A DNA stretch of 64,000 bases from Octopus sinensis (Eukaryota), in assembly GCF_006345805.1 (NCBI RefSeq), contig NC_042998.1, forward strand, positions 5,828,001-5,892,000, given 5' to 3'. A program made the translations under genes and the position numbers. The notes beneath the pieces are model-generated. The model searched no databases, was not told where the DNA came from, and saw nothing but the letters and a program-made list of their open reading frames with translations. Below are positions 39,294 through 53,616 of this stretch, in pieces (positions within the stretch are counted from its first letter, which is position 1; every line of letters begins with the position of its first letter).

Positions 39294-40643
39294 ATCAACA
39301 TCACTGATTATATTGATTTCAAATTTTGGCACAAGGCCAGTAATTTCAGGGGAAGGATCTAATCAATTACATCGACCCCCAGTACTCAACTGGTACTTAT
39401 TTTATCGATCCTGAAAGGATGAAATACAAAGTTGACCTCAGCAGAATTTGAATTCAGAATGTGAAGATGGGTGAAATGCTGCTAATCATTTTGCCTGGTG
39501 TGCTAACGATTCTGCCAGCCATTACCACTGATTACCATTATCATCATCATCATCATCATTTAACGTCCGCTTTCCATGCTAGCATGGGTTGAACGATTTG
39601 ACTGAGGGCTGGCGAACCAGATGGCTGCACCAGGCTTCAATCTTGATCTGGCAGAGTTTCTACAGCTGGATGCCCTTCCTAACACCAGCCACTCTGAGAG
39701 TGTAGTGGGTGCTTTTATGTGCCACCGGCACAGACGCCAGTTAGCCCATTAACAATTAATAGTAACATATAAACAATCTATTGATAGAATTATGGTGATG
39801 AAATGGTTAAACACTGGGGATGTGCTGAAAATGTATAATGACAGGTATGACTGCAATATTGTGTTGTTCAGCCCAGAATCAGCTCATATAAAGCAAAAGA
39901 ATTTCTGATGTAACCAGCCATAGTTTTCTTAATCTAGTATTTGATTTATCAGTATATCCCACTTTTTACTTAAGGTGTTAAAATGTGATAAGAAAGAAAT
40001 TTGGCCACTAATTGTAGCAAGCTGAGTGACAATGTAGGGTCATCCATAGGGATTAGGGATGAAATATGAAAAATTTAAGCCAATATATTTGACACGAACC
40101 TCATAATTTAAGCATCAGAAAAAATGTCAATGAGGAAAGCTTTTAAAGCCAACATAGGCATCCATTGTCACTCATGCTTTAACTTGTGCTTTACAGTATT
40201 ATGAGAAAAGATAATATTAATGTTTCTCTCGGTCAGCCAAAATCTCCTGAGATTAAATGGATACACTAAACATAGACTGTAGCTGTTGAATAGAATGGTT
40301 TTAGAATAAATACACAATGCTTCTGTATGTTGTAAGAAGAAAATGGTATCCAGTTGTAAAGGACTGCCTTGGAAAACCTGTTTAACTTATACCAGCATTA
40401 AGAAAAAGAGATGTAAAATAATGATGATGATGATGATGATGGGACGGAAGAACTCTTGTTAAAAGAAAAAAAATACTGACACCAGCAGCAATTCTCCCAA
40501 GAGGTCCCTAGCTACCAGAAAATATTTCCTTTCCAAAATTTTCATGTGAATCTTATAACACTGCACCTGAATGCAATAAGATGTTTTAAAATGATCAATT
40601 GATTCGACCGAGATGCAATAATAGTTTTCAATACACAATTTAA

Positions 40644-40818
40644 CCCTTTAGCATTCAAACTGGCCAGATCCAGCCTCTCACCTTAACCCTAAATGTCGTT
40701 TTAAAACTAAACAATCACATCATCGAAATCTCTGAACTACAAGGTAATGCATGATTAATTCAAAATAATATAAATCAACAAACATTACATTTGACAGAAT
40801 GATCTGATTACTAAAGGG
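40644..40818. mobile_element. piggyBac-type MITE, second family
   Basis: TTAA on both sides; TIRs ccctttag / ctaaaggg. Confidence 0.75.
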
Positions 40819-42179
40819 TTAACTCTAAGCAATGTGAGTTCACCTGCCACTACATCTTTGCAATAAATTCAAGCATGTTTCTTTAAGCAAGAAACTCTTG
40901 TGATTCAAATTTTTTTCTGTTCCTTCTCAAGCCATGCCTGGATCATAATGGGCCGGTTTCCCGGTTTCATTGGCGTATAGGTTCCCTACCTGGACGGGAC
41001 GCTGGTCTATCACAGGTGAGCTGCTAGATACAGGAGGAAAGAGTGGGAGAAAGTTGTGGCGAATGAGTCAGCAGAAGCTCACCATTACCTTCTGCTGGAG
41101 CCACGTGGGGCTTAGGTGTTTTGCTCATAAACACACACTTTACCTGGTCTGCGATTCGAACCTGCGATCCCTCGACTGCGAGTCCGCTGCTCTAACCACT
41201 AGACCATGTGCCTCCACTGTATGTTCAAATACTACTTTAAAATTCCAATAAATAAACAATCAAAATGATGGAGCCTCTATGTGTTCCTTGTTCTCCTACA
41301 AATAGCAGCTAAATCTCTCAACTTGCTTTCTACTGTCTTTAAGAATACAGCAAGAACATTTTTGAATTGAACAAACAATAAACTATATCCGAAACAATGG
41401 TCAGTCATAACTGGACTGGAGCTAGAGAACAAATGACTGCTTGAAAATTAAAAAAAAAATAAAAATTTCATGATTTTAATTAGCACCAACTTGAAATTTA
41501 TGCTTAATTTAAAAATCAACATAAATGCATAATTGATATTATTATAAAAATAGTTACAAGAACAACAAAAAAAAAGCAAATATAAAGTTCCTTGTTACAG
41601 GATGCTTAAGTCATATGAGAGCTTTATGTGTCAGCAACTAGGACATCATCATCATTATCATCATCTTTTAATGTCCGTTTTCCATGCTAACATGAGTTGG
41701 ACACTTTGACCACAGCTGGCAAGCAGAAAAGTTGAACCAGGTTCCAACCTGATTTGGCTTGGTTTCTATGTTGGATGCCCTTCCCAATGCCAACCACTTT
41801 ACAGAGTGCACTAGATACTGTTTACATGGTATTGGCATGGGTGCTATTATGTGGTGCCAGCATGGAAGCATTTTACGTGGGGCTGGCATGGGTACCTTCT
41901 ATGTGGCACCAGCATTGGTGTTTTTTATATAGTACCAGCACAGGCTGATTCTCTTCAGCAGTGGGCAGCAGCATTAACAGTTCTGCTGTGGAGGACAGGT
42001 CTTCTTGAGTAGGATGGGTCCCCTTGAGTAGGATGGCTCTGCCTACTCCATTTTGTCCTATCATATGTATCTCTACCTGAGATGGAACAGGCAGGACAAG
42101 CGGAGACACATAGGACAGAAAGTTGCTGAAAAGGTCAAAGAGTGTGATGAAAGATCTTTGACAGACTAACAAACTAAAA

Positions 42180-42920
42180 ATATACCACACAGATCCTTTG
42201 GCCCCACTTTATACAAGAAGATTAAAATAGCATCAATCCAGTCTTGGGGCATTTCCTCAGTTCTCCAACAGTGATCAATTAATATTTAAGGGTTCAAACA
42301 TTTTGTCACCCCCATATTTCAAAACCTTTGCACAGATTCCATCAGACCCTGGGGACTTATTGTTATTCAGCTTGTTTACAGCTAAATAAATGTTATTCAG
42401 AGTTGGTTCAAATGTCATCTCCTCTATTGCTGGAAGGTATTTGATATTTTCTATCATCCTCAATGTCAACGGATGATGGTCTATTCAAAAGTGCAGAAAA
42501 ATGTTCTATCCAGCGCTTATGAATAGAAGCGGTGTCAGTCAAAAGTAAATGTCCATTTGATGTTCTCACTGGAGCTTTTGAAGAAGATTTTGGGTCATAC
42601 ACCTCCTTAACATAAGATCACAAACCCTTGGCATCATTTCTATCAGCTGCTTCATGCACCCCTTTCGCTCTGTCATTCCACCATTCTTGATAAATTTCCC
42701 TTAGAGCTGACTGCACTTTTCCTTTCAGCTTTCTCTAAGTTTTGTTTGAGTTGGGGTTCAAGGACTGAGAAAGAAGTGTATTGCTTAAATTTTGCTTTTC
42801 TAAAAGTAGATCATGAATTTCTGGTGATTTGTCTGCAAACCAGTCACTGGACTTGCATGATTTAAATCCTGCTGAAGAACTTGCAGCCTGAAATACTTTT
42901 GTTCTGAAATCTTCCCATAG
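42180..42920 (-). mobile_element. Degraded RTE/BovB-like LINE ORF2 fragment
   Basis: APVRTSNGHLLLTD...RWIEHFSALLNRPS, KSPGSDGI..VLKYGG, WRTEEMPQDW across frameshifts. Confidence 0.85.
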
Positions 42921-43121
42921 ATTATTTGGATCAAGAGTGATACTTTCTATAACACTGTGGAATATATATATGTCCTACCCATGCCAGCATGGAAGGCAAA
43001 TATTAAACAACGATGATGATGATATATATATATATATAATAATAATAATAGTACGGAATATAATTCCAAACTTACAGGGAAAAATTCAATTCAGCAATTC
43101 TGAATCAAATTTCACAATATG

Positions 43122-43541
43122 TCTCTTTACTCTTTTACTCTTTTACTTGTTTCAGTCATTTGACTGCGGCCATGCTGGAGCACCGCCTTTTAGTCGAGCA
43201 ACTCGACCCCAGGACTTATTCTTTTTGTAAGCCCAGTACTTATTCTATCGGTCTCTTTTTGCTGAACCGCTAAGTGACGGGGACGTAAACACACCAGCAT
43301 CGGTTGTCAAGCAATGCCAGGGGAACAAACACAGACACACAAACATATACACACACATACATATATATAGATATATACATATATACGACAGGCTTCTTTC
43401 AGTTTCCGTCTACCAAATCCACTCACAAGGCATTGGTTGGCCCGGGGCTATAGCAGAAGACACTTGCCCAGGATGCCACGCAGTGGGACTGAACCCGGAA
43501 CCATGTGGCTGGTTAGCAAGCTACTTACCACACAGCCACTC
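43122..43541 (-). mobile_element. SINE family A
   Basis: Match to family. Confidence 0.9.
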
Positions 43542-43570
43542 ATAATTTAGAGAAAAACCTCTATTAAACA

Positions 43571-43792
43571 ATTCAATAATGAATGATGTTATTCACATCA
43601 TATAGAAAACATATACTATAAAAAAACCCTATACTAAAAATCAATAAAGTACAAAAATAATAAATAGTAATAAATGGTAAATACTACTACTATTTACTAT
43701 TTATTATTTTTGCACTTTATTGATTTTTAAAATAAGCTTTTTCTAGTATATGTTTTCTATATGGTGTGAATAACATCTTTCATTATTGAATT
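43571..43792. repeat. AT-rich fold-back, arms about 100 bp
   Basis: attcaataatgaa...taaatagtaa pairs with ttactattta...ttcattattgaat. Confidence 0.85.
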
Positions 43793-44744
43793 TGATGTTC
43801 CTTAAGTGAACTTTTTGTTTCACTTCACCTCAACTAAACTCAACCCAAGAATGAAGATTTACAAAATCCGCCCCCTTTATTTCCACTATATTTTTCTAGT
43901 TCACATTTCCCCTACTGAATACACAAGTGTTTCCAAGCTATATGAATAACAATGCTTTTATATCCTCAGCACAGAAATAGTAACAAGCGAAACCAAATCA
44001 TTAATATTCAAAAAACACAACAGACGAAGATGGAAGCTAATTGAAAAATTACATTTTATCACAATCATATCAAATATAGACGGAATGCATCGCTCTCTTG
44101 GGCTGTTTATGCATTCTGGAGATTGCTCTTATCCTCAATAAGTACACAAGACAGATCAGTATACGTGGTCTGGCAGGCTTTCCTAATTGGGTTACTCGAC
44201 TACAGTCAACATATGTACATGGTGAGATTATTAGTAACATATATATATATATATTTATATTTATATGTGTATGTATGTATATATGTGGCTGTGTATATAT
44301 ACATGCACATACATATAAATATATAGAGAAAGAGAGAGCATAGAGTTTCTAAAGAAGGAGATAAGACATTAAGCATAGCTCTAATAAGGAATAACTATGC
44401 AATAAGAGAATGGAAAAAAATTAACACTATCACTTACTTTCGTTTTTTTCTCAGGCTGTCAGAACAGAATTACTTCTAACACATATGAACAAAGCATCAT
44501 AGCACCCTCTCTTAAACACACATACATAGACACAAAGAGGAGACGTGTCTCACCTGAAAATTACTTTAATTCACAGGCATTGTTGAAATCAATGAATAGC
44601 AAAATGAAATCAGACTCAAAGTGCCATTTGCCAAGTAAGTTAGCAAACAGAAACTTATTAATATTTGCTAACTGTCCACTTTTAAACCAAATTTGGCGAG
44701 ACAAAATACAAAAAAAAAATGAGTAAAAAAAAAGGATAAAAAAT

Positions 44745-44763
44745 AATAATAATAAATAAATAC

Positions 44764-44803
<40 letters not shown>

Positions 44804-44862
44804 TAATAATAATGATAATAATAATAATAATAATGATAATAATAATAATGATGATGATAATG

Positions 44863-44902
<40 letters not shown>
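44745..44902. repeat. (AAT/GAT)n microsatellite
   Basis: Directly visible; explains the poly-Y and poly-I ORFs. Confidence 0.95.
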
Positions 44903-44903
<1 letters not shown>

Positions 44904-46559
44904 TAAAGAAAATGAAAACAGTCCCCAGAAGATAACTTTTATCTTGTATATTTACAGTTGGATACACCGATATATCTATATACATCTGGATGATGAAGTT
45001 AAATTATCTATGTATTTATTTATTTATTTATTTATTCATTTATACATATGTTCATACAAATATTAAGGTATAGTCAAGTATCTGTATATACGCATATGTC
45101 TGTGTGTCTTATGTATGTTCTTATCGAAAATGCACTAAGTTTCTTGTCATTCCTCGTTTGTGTATGTGTGTGTGTGTGTGTGTGCTTTCAGCTGAATCAA
45201 ATTAATTACCCTTAGGGTGGAATACAATGAAGATTATTTCTTCCAAGTAATGGCTGTACAACCAAGTAAATTACAAATTTACATCGGTAGGGGTGGATAT
45301 GCTAGTGGCCGTTACACACACAAACATACAAATACATGCGCATATATTCACACACACACACACACACGCATATATACATATTTTCTCTCTCAAAGACACA
45401 TACACAGTCAGAGGTATGCAATAATTGAAAAACTGAGTGGCCAAATAATTATAGTATTGATGAAATCCTCCAAAGGCAGTTTAGCATTTCTTAGTTAGTC
45501 AGCTGGAAAATAAGAACTATCAACAATTAACAGCTGATTGACTACTGTTAGGGTGAACATCCAGAGCTACCAGTTCTGCACAAGAGCTAACAGTTAAAGC
45601 AAACACACAAATTTGTAGAATTAGTCAAATTTTACTATATGAACAATGTTCAAGTACGACATCCAAACAGCAATTTGTGGCTCTCTGAGTTAGAGCCACA
45701 GTTCCAAAATTGGCAGTGTGAGTCAAATATATATATATATATATATCATCATCATCATCATCGTTTAACGTCCGTTTTCCGCGCTAGCATGGGTTGGACG
45801 GTTCGACCAGGGTCTGGGGAGCCAGGGGCTGCCCCAGGCTCCAGTCTGGTCTGGCAGTGTTTCTACACTGGATGTCCTTCCTAACGCCAACCACTCCGCG
45901 AGTGTAGTGGGTGCTTTTTACGTGCCACCTGCACAGGAGCCAGAGGGGTCTGGCAAAGGCCACAATCGGTTGGTGCTTTTTATTATTTTTTTTATGTGCT
46001 ACCGGCACAGAAGCCAGTCAAGGCGGTGCTGGCATCGGCCACGTTCGGATGGTGCTTTTTATTATGTGCCACCGGCACAGAACAGAGGCTTTTTTCAGTT
46101 TCCATTTACAATATCCACTCACAAGGCTTTGATTGGTCTGAGGCTAAAGCAGAAGACACTTGACCAAGGTGCCACACAATGGGACTGAACCCGGAACCAT
46201 GCAGTTGGTAAGCAAGCTACTTACCACAGAGCCACTCCTACAACCTATATATATATGTATATATCCCGAAACCTCTTTTGGTCATGACTGACCATAGGAT
46301 TGCGCCTAGAAAGTTACCCGCCCAGGGACAAGTCCGGGGAATGATGTTTATGGAAGACCAGCAGTCGCCCATGCATACCGGCCTCCCCTCTCCACGCCAC
46401 CAGTGTTATCCAAGGGAAAGGCAAAGGGGCCGATACAGCTTGGCACGTGTGACGTCGCAACTCATTTCTACAGCTGAGTGAACTGGAGCAACATGTAACG
46501 ATCGTAAACTCGACGCTCTAACCACTGAGCCATGCGCATTCACCAATATATACACATAT

Positions 46560-46960
46560 CTCTCTTTACTCTCTCTTTTACTTGTTTCAGTCATTTGACT
46601 GCGGCCATGCTGGAGCACCGCCTTTAGTCGAGCAAATCGACCCTGGGACTTATTCTTTGTAAGCCCAGTACTTATTCTATCGGTCTCATTTGCCGAACCA
46701 CTAAGTGACGGGGACGTAAACACACCAGCATCGGTTGTCAAGCAATGCTAGAGGGACAAACACAGACACACAAACATATACATACACATACATATATAAA
46801 TACATATATACGACGGGCTTCTTTCAGTTTCTGTCTACCAAATCCAATCACAAGGCTTTGGTCGGCCTGAGGCTATAGTAGAAGACACTTGCCCAAGGTG
46901 CAACACAGTGGGACTGAACCTGGAACCATGTTGGGAAGCAAGCTTCTTACCACACAGTCA
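46560..46960 (-). mobile_element. SINE family A
   Basis: Match to family. Confidence 0.9.
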
Positions 46961-46978
46961 CACCTAACCCTATATATT

Positions 46979-47010
<32 letters not shown>

Positions 47011-47468
47011 ATATATATATGTGGCCGATGCCAGCGCCGCCTCGACTGGCTTCCGTGCTGGTGGTACGTAAAAAGCATCATCCGAATTGTGGCCGATGCC
47101 AGTGCCACCCCGACTGGCTTCCGTGCCGGTGGCACGTAAAATGCAACAATCCAGCTGTGGCCGTTGCCAGCCTCGCCTGGCACCTGTGCAGGTGGCACGT
47201 AAAAAGCACCCACTACACTCATGGAGTGGTTGGCGTTAGGAAGGGTATCCAGCTGTAGAAACATTGCCAGATAAGACTGGAGCCTGGTGCAAACTTCTGG
47301 CTTCCTAGATCCCCAGTCGAACCGTCCAACCCATGCTAGCATGGAGAATGGACGTTAAACGATGATGATGATGATGATATGTTACTAACTGAGAAAGAGA
47401 TTGTAATTGGTTACTGAAAGAAAAAAGCATCTGTAAAGAAAAATTAATTGAAGAAATGCATTTCTTAC

Positions 47469-47540
47469 CTCTCCTTCTAAGATAGCTCGTTTGCGTTTAT
47501 GTATCCATTTATATTCCCCAAAATTTCTTTCATCCAGCAC
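47469..47540 (-). CDS. DDX49: DDX49 penultimate coding exon (VLDERNFGEYKWIHKRKRAILEGE)
   Basis: Acceptor ttgttttttgaag, donor GTAAGA, 72 nt, phase 0/0. Resembles human KLEAAHFDEKKEINKRKQLILEGK. Confidence 0.9.
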
Positions 47541-49336
47541 CTTCAAAAAACAATTAAAAAAAAAAGAGTTGAACTGGTATAATAAATTTAGCTATAAATG
47601 TCATGTATCGGTTTTATATGCATTTATTTTAAAACTTTAGCACCACTGCTTTAGGTATTATACAGTAAATAGTTAAAATATAATCAAAAATTGAACTACT
47701 GATAAAAGTATGAAAACAAATTCAAAAGAGCCATCTTGGTATCATACTCAATGCAAATACATCATATACAAGCAAATTTACTGCTGTTATTGAAAAAAAT
47801 ATTTTTACTTTTTTATCCATGACTGAAGGGGCTAAAACAGGAGGATCTGTATTATAAACCCAGAGGTGAGTGGTATTGAAAAGATGAAAATAACAGGATT
47901 ATCTTTTGCATACAAAATGGTAAGGATTATAATATAATTCTACACTAGTTTGTATAACAGTGGACAGTAGAACTCTGGGTCCTAGATGCAGGCAGTGCTG
48001 TTTGATATGAGGTTCACTTTGTTACTATGCTGTCTTAAATTATCTCACTCTGTGAAGTCTCTAGCATATTAATACATAAGTTAAGCTCAGTATAGATCTG
48101 GGAAGACTACAATTCAATTAAGGATTCAATGTACAATCACGTAGAATGCATACTTTATTATGAAAGCAATAGCGCTATAGAAATATCATCTGTTTTGCAA
48201 GTTTAGACGAGCCATAGGTACAGTGCAGCCCATAAAACTTTCTGAAAGGCACACTTCACATAAAATTATCTTGATATTGTTTATTTTTCACTACTACAGC
48301 AAGACTGATGATAAGTCACATCTTGTATGGCCCCACTTTTCAAAAAGGGTGTCCATGCCTGGTCTAGACTCACGAAATGAGTTCTCTGTAAGGTTTCTGA
48401 CTAATAGAAACTAATTAATGATTAAACTAAATAGCTCCAAATTCTTGATAAAATTCAAAATTAATCTAGGCACGGTGTCTTTCATAAGAAATATTTGGTT
48501 AAAAAATGGGTTAATTAATGACGTCAGAAGTGTGAGAAAGGCTTTGAGTTGAACTAAAACTTATGCTTAATTGCACACTTACAATGAGATACATGAATTA
48601 ACGAGCGCATTCTATTCTTGCTCCTGTTTAGAACTTAGTTGCAGAACACACTTTCACTAAATCTTCAGCAAAGAGAGTGACTAGGTTAAAAATAAACATT
48701 AGCAATCTTGAAATCAACCACCTGTCCCAATAAGAATTGCTTTTGTTTATGGATTTGGTTTTTCTAAGGACAATAGCAGAGATAATATAATAAGAAATTA
48801 TTACAAGGATAATGGTAAATAAGATGTTGATGATAAAAGTCGTTATATTGATGTTGTTTACAGTGGTTGAACTGACTAGCTGTAGTAATAATAATAGGAA
48901 ACGGTGTTAATTATAGTGTTGTTGTTGATGGTTACCACTACTGCTGCTGCTGCTACTACTACTACTACTACTACTACTACTGCTGCTACTACTACTACAG
49001 TGTTGGTCTTGGTAACAGTAGTAGGGAAGTTGTTGTTACTTCTGAAAGTTGTGTATGTTGATTCATGATAATGATTAGAATGGTTATAGAGATAACAACA
49101 GCTAATAAGTGTGTTGAAAAAGATGGAGACAGTGATAGAAATAGGAGCGATGATGATGAGGATGAAAGAAACGGTGAAGTTAAGGGGTGGAGGTAAAAAA
49201 AAACCCCCAAAAAACCAACAAAAAAACAAGTGCATCCAGAGTGTTTTTCAATGAAATGCTTTTGTTTATCAGACAGCCATGAACTTGATTGTCCGCAAGT
49301 GAAACGGTACTTTGTCACCCAGACCATAATACTTAC

Positions 49337-49425
49337 AATTTCTGCTTCACTTTTAGCCATCATAACGTCAACAAGAATTTTAGTAACTTCCTTTTCATTG
49401 ACTTCATACAGGCTTAGTTTAGTAT
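49337..49425 (-). CDS. DDX49: DDX49/DBP8 DEAD-box RNA helicase, third-last coding exon (xTKLSLYEVNEKEVTKILVDVMMAKSEAEI)
   Basis: Acceptor tttcctttcttcag, donor GTAAGT, 89 nt. Matches the human DDX49 C-terminal region as recalled (KKLEEFSVEEAEVLQILTQVNVVRRECEI). Splices in frame to the next exon. Confidence 0.9.
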
Positions 49426-49849
49426 CTGAAGAAAGGAAACACAGAAATTAGTCAATACACACGGAGAAGCATTTAATAACTAATTATGTTTTTGTTAGTG
49501 AATACTGCACTTGGAGACAGCAAAATATATAACAACGCAGTAATGAGGGAAGATTTTAAACTCAATACCAGGATATCAGAATGTTTCACTTTTGGCTTTA
49601 TTGTTTGTATTTTTCTCTCGTTTTTTTTTTTTTCTCTCCTTCTTTTTAAATATTTTATCAGTATGAAGACTTTGAAAAGCAGACAAAATTAATATCCAAG
49701 TTGTTTTGATCACTAATCTTCTATTTGAAACAAACTCGTAAATAGTGAGGATTTAGTTTATTAGTTAATAAATAGTTTGAAGACTCTGTATAAAAGCTGC
49801 AGACATTGATTCAAAAAAAAATATATATTCAAGAATAAAAAAAAATCAT

Positions 49850-50222
49850 ATATATGTGTGTGTTTGTATGTACACACACACATATATATATATATACACA
49901 CACACATACACATACATACACACAACCACATACATATATATATATACATGCACACACCAACATACATATATATACACACACATACACATATTCATACACA
50001 CACATACAGACATATACATACATATATCTATACACACACACATACAATTATCTATACATGCACATACATATATATTCATATATACACATAAACATGTATA
50101 CACACACACATACATACATACATGCATATACACATATACAAACACATATGTACATATATAAATATATACACACACATACAAATATACAAACACACATATA
50201 TAAATATACACACGCATACATA
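49850..50222. repeat. (CA/TA)n low-complexity tract
   Basis: Directly visible; similar tracts at 52940-53170, 53540-53797, 63270-63440. Confidence 0.95.
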
Positions 50223-50452
50223 GAACATATAACATATTGGTTTATTAAAATTGCCTCTGCTGCAGCTTCATATGAGAAAGAGATTATCACAAGAATCAAG
50301 AATTCTCAAAAGTTGACGTGTTGTTAAGGGATAGCACAGGTCCACTGACTGAATGCAAGCATGGGAGTTTCTGCCACAATAGGACTCATCAGCAGAACAA
50401 CTGTCAAACTTTATCTCAAGAGGCCAAGGGACCCAGATATATATATATATAT

Positions 50453-50825
50453 TATATAAAATAAGTTCTGTCTGTCTGTGTGTGTGTGTCTTCTAGGATC
50501 TCGGGCATCCTCCATCCGATTGCGCTCAAATTTGATATATTAGATACCGACGGTATCAGGGTATGTATAAGTCTTGAAAAAATTACAAAAATCGATTCCA
50601 GGTGAGAATGCAATCGATAAAGTGAATAAAATCGTTTTTGTTTGGAATTTGTGGATGTGCATAAATAACAATCACGTACACATACACACACAAACGCATG
50701 CACACACAAACGCATGCACACACAAACGCATGCACACACAAACGCATGCATACACAAACGCATGCACACACAAACGCATGCACACACAAACGCATGCACA
50801 CACATCCTCCCTTTTATAGATATGA
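50453..50825. mobile_element. Helitron-like fragment with a (cacacaaacgcatgca)n minisatellite
   Basis: tataaaa...gtctgtctgt start resembles the Helitron at 35889; 16-bp tandem at about 50686-50803; no 3' CTAG end found. Confidence 0.45.
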
Positions 50826-51850
50826 TGATAAAAGGCAATAATAATAATGATAATCATGATAAAAGGCCTGAAATTTTGGGGGAGGTGTCTAGTCAATTAC
50901 ATCAACCCCAGTGCATAACCGTTATTTATTTCATGGAACCAAAAGGATGAAAGGCAAAGTCAACCTCAGTAGAGTTTAAACTCAGAAATTAAGGGTGAAC
51001 GAAATGCCACTAAGAACTTCATTTGGTACAATAACAAATCTATCAGCTCACCGACTTGATAATAATAATAATAATATTTTAAAAGAAGGATTTATGTAAC
51101 TCTTCACCAATTAATTCTTTCTATTAAAGCCACAGGGCTTGATATTTGGGGGGAGGAGGGGGGGTCGATGTAATCGACTTGTCCTCCTCAAAATAATAAT
51201 AATAATAATAAACCTTTCTTACAATAGGCACAAAGCTTGAAATTGGGGGAGGGGGGGGGGCAGTTGTTTAGTTCGAAACCAGTACGCAACTGGTACTTAA
51301 TTTATTGACTTCAAAGGGATGAGAGCAGTGGAATTTGGACTCAGAATGTAACGACAAGTGAAATACCGTTAAGCATTTTGTATGGTGTGCTAACGATTCC
51401 GCCAGTTCACTACTATAATAATGATAATAACAATAATTATAATCATCATCATCATCGTTTAATGTCCACTTTCCATGCTAGCATGGGTTGGACAATTTGA
51501 CTGAGGACTGGTGAACCAGATGGCTGCACCAGACTCCAATCCGATCTGGCAGAGTTTCTACAGCTGGATGCCCTTCCTAACGCCAACCACTCCGAGAGAA
51601 TAGTGGGTGCTTTTACGTGCCACTGGCACGAGGGCCAAAGTTTCTTTGCTCTAGGTGTTGCAAAGATACTCAGCAAGAAATGAAAACAAAACTGAAAATA
51701 AAAAAAAACTAATAATAATCCTTCATGGCACAAGGACTGAAATCTTGGGGAAGGGTTGATTGGCGTCATCAATGAATGCTAGTGCTTGATTAGTACTTAT
51801 ATTAACCCCAAGAGGATAGAAAACAAAATTCATACCAGCTGAATTTTGTT

Positions 51851-51877
<27 letters not shown>

Positions 51878-51881
<4 letters not shown>

Positions 51882-52097
51882 TAAAAAAATATTCAGACAA
51901 ATACATAACAAAAACACCAGGACTTACAAACACATATAACATACAGAAAATTGCACTACTAGGCACTGCACACATCCTACGCAGAACACTTTCCATACAG
52001 TAACCATCAGAGCATCACAACAAATCACAGCACATACCCAAGGCACACAGAGCTGCGCTCGGTAGTGAAGTGAAAGCACGCTATTAAAATAAAACTA

Positions 52098-52192
<95 letters not shown>

Positions 52193-52220
52193 TAATAATG
52201 ATAATAATAATAATAATGAT
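51878..52220 (+). mobile_element. R4/Dong-type LINE 3' end inside (TAA)n
   Basis: IQKIALLGTAHILRRTL* C-terminus; (AAT)n on both sides. Confidence 0.85.
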
Positions 52221-52918
52221 AGTGTGTGTGTGAGAAGTAGATTGCAATATATTGTAAATAGTTTTAGACATCTGCTTAATATATACAATTTTCGAAAACA
52301 AAACAAGCACAAAAGAAACATTTCTACATAATTAATATAATTTTCGACTAACAAAGAAAACAAACGAGTCTTGACAAACACAAACTCCCCCCGCTCCATT
52401 GAAAGTTACGAAATTAATACAAGAGATACTTAAATAATCTGTAATAACTTTCTGTTTATTTATTTCCAATACTGCACTGGAGTTTATAGGTAGGCAATAA
52501 CTTTCTGTACAACATATGGTTTATCAAGTTGAGTAGAGATGTCTGTTTCATTTGTTGTGTTAACAAAAGAATTACGCACTGAGGTTGATAACCGCAGAAC
52601 AGGAAAAAAAAAGAAAGAAAAGAAAGCGAATATATATGTGTGTGCGTGCATATATATATATATATATATATACACTCACATATATGCACATAAATATATG
52701 TAGACATATAAATATAAATATATATATACATATTCTTTTATTTTTTTACTTGTTTCAGTCACATGGCTACGGCCATGCTGGAGTACCACTTACATTATAT
52801 GTATATATACCAAAATTTAAAAAATTTGTTTGTTCTGCAAGTGTGCATTTGAGTGTGTTCATGTGCATGCATATTTATAATTTATATAAATGCACAAACA
52901 TATATATACTCTCTCTCC

Positions 52919-52958
<40 letters not shown>

Positions 52959-53015
52959 GTATACACATATATAAGCATACACATATATAAGCATATAAAT
53001 ATATGTATATATATA

Positions 53016-53069
<54 letters not shown>

Positions 53070-53102
53070 TGTATACACCTATATAAGCATATAAATATAT
53101 GT

Positions 53103-53151
<49 letters not shown>

Positions 53152-53571
53152 CACACACACACATACACATATTGTGAGTAAAAGAAAGATAGTGAAGCAA
53201 TTCAGCCGAAGCCATGTAAGTGGTAGAGTTGAAAATAACATTGTATCACTTATGGAGCCATTAACTACAAATAAATCTGGTATTGAATGTTTGACCAAAT
53301 GGCGGAATCGGAACAGATAGAAGAGCTTTTCTATAGAAAAAAAAAAAAATGATATTGAAATCATAGTATAGACGAATTTCAGTTCTTAAAAGGATCATTC
53401 CACAATGCCTTCCTCCCTGCCAAATATTTCAATGCTTATTTTTTCTGGTTGAATGCTTTCATCCAGATGACTTTTCAATAAAATGTTAAAAGGAAGACAA
53501 GAGAAAAAATTGTCTGCAAAATGTCTGGCTACAAGTTTACATATATATAGATGCATATATCTTCATATGTG

Positions 53572-53616
<45 letters not shown>

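Noticed and set aside
48876-49363. ORFs 48876-49235 and 48995-49363 as long CDS
   Set aside because: Only 49337-49425 is exon; the rest is intron read-through and trinucleotide repeat.
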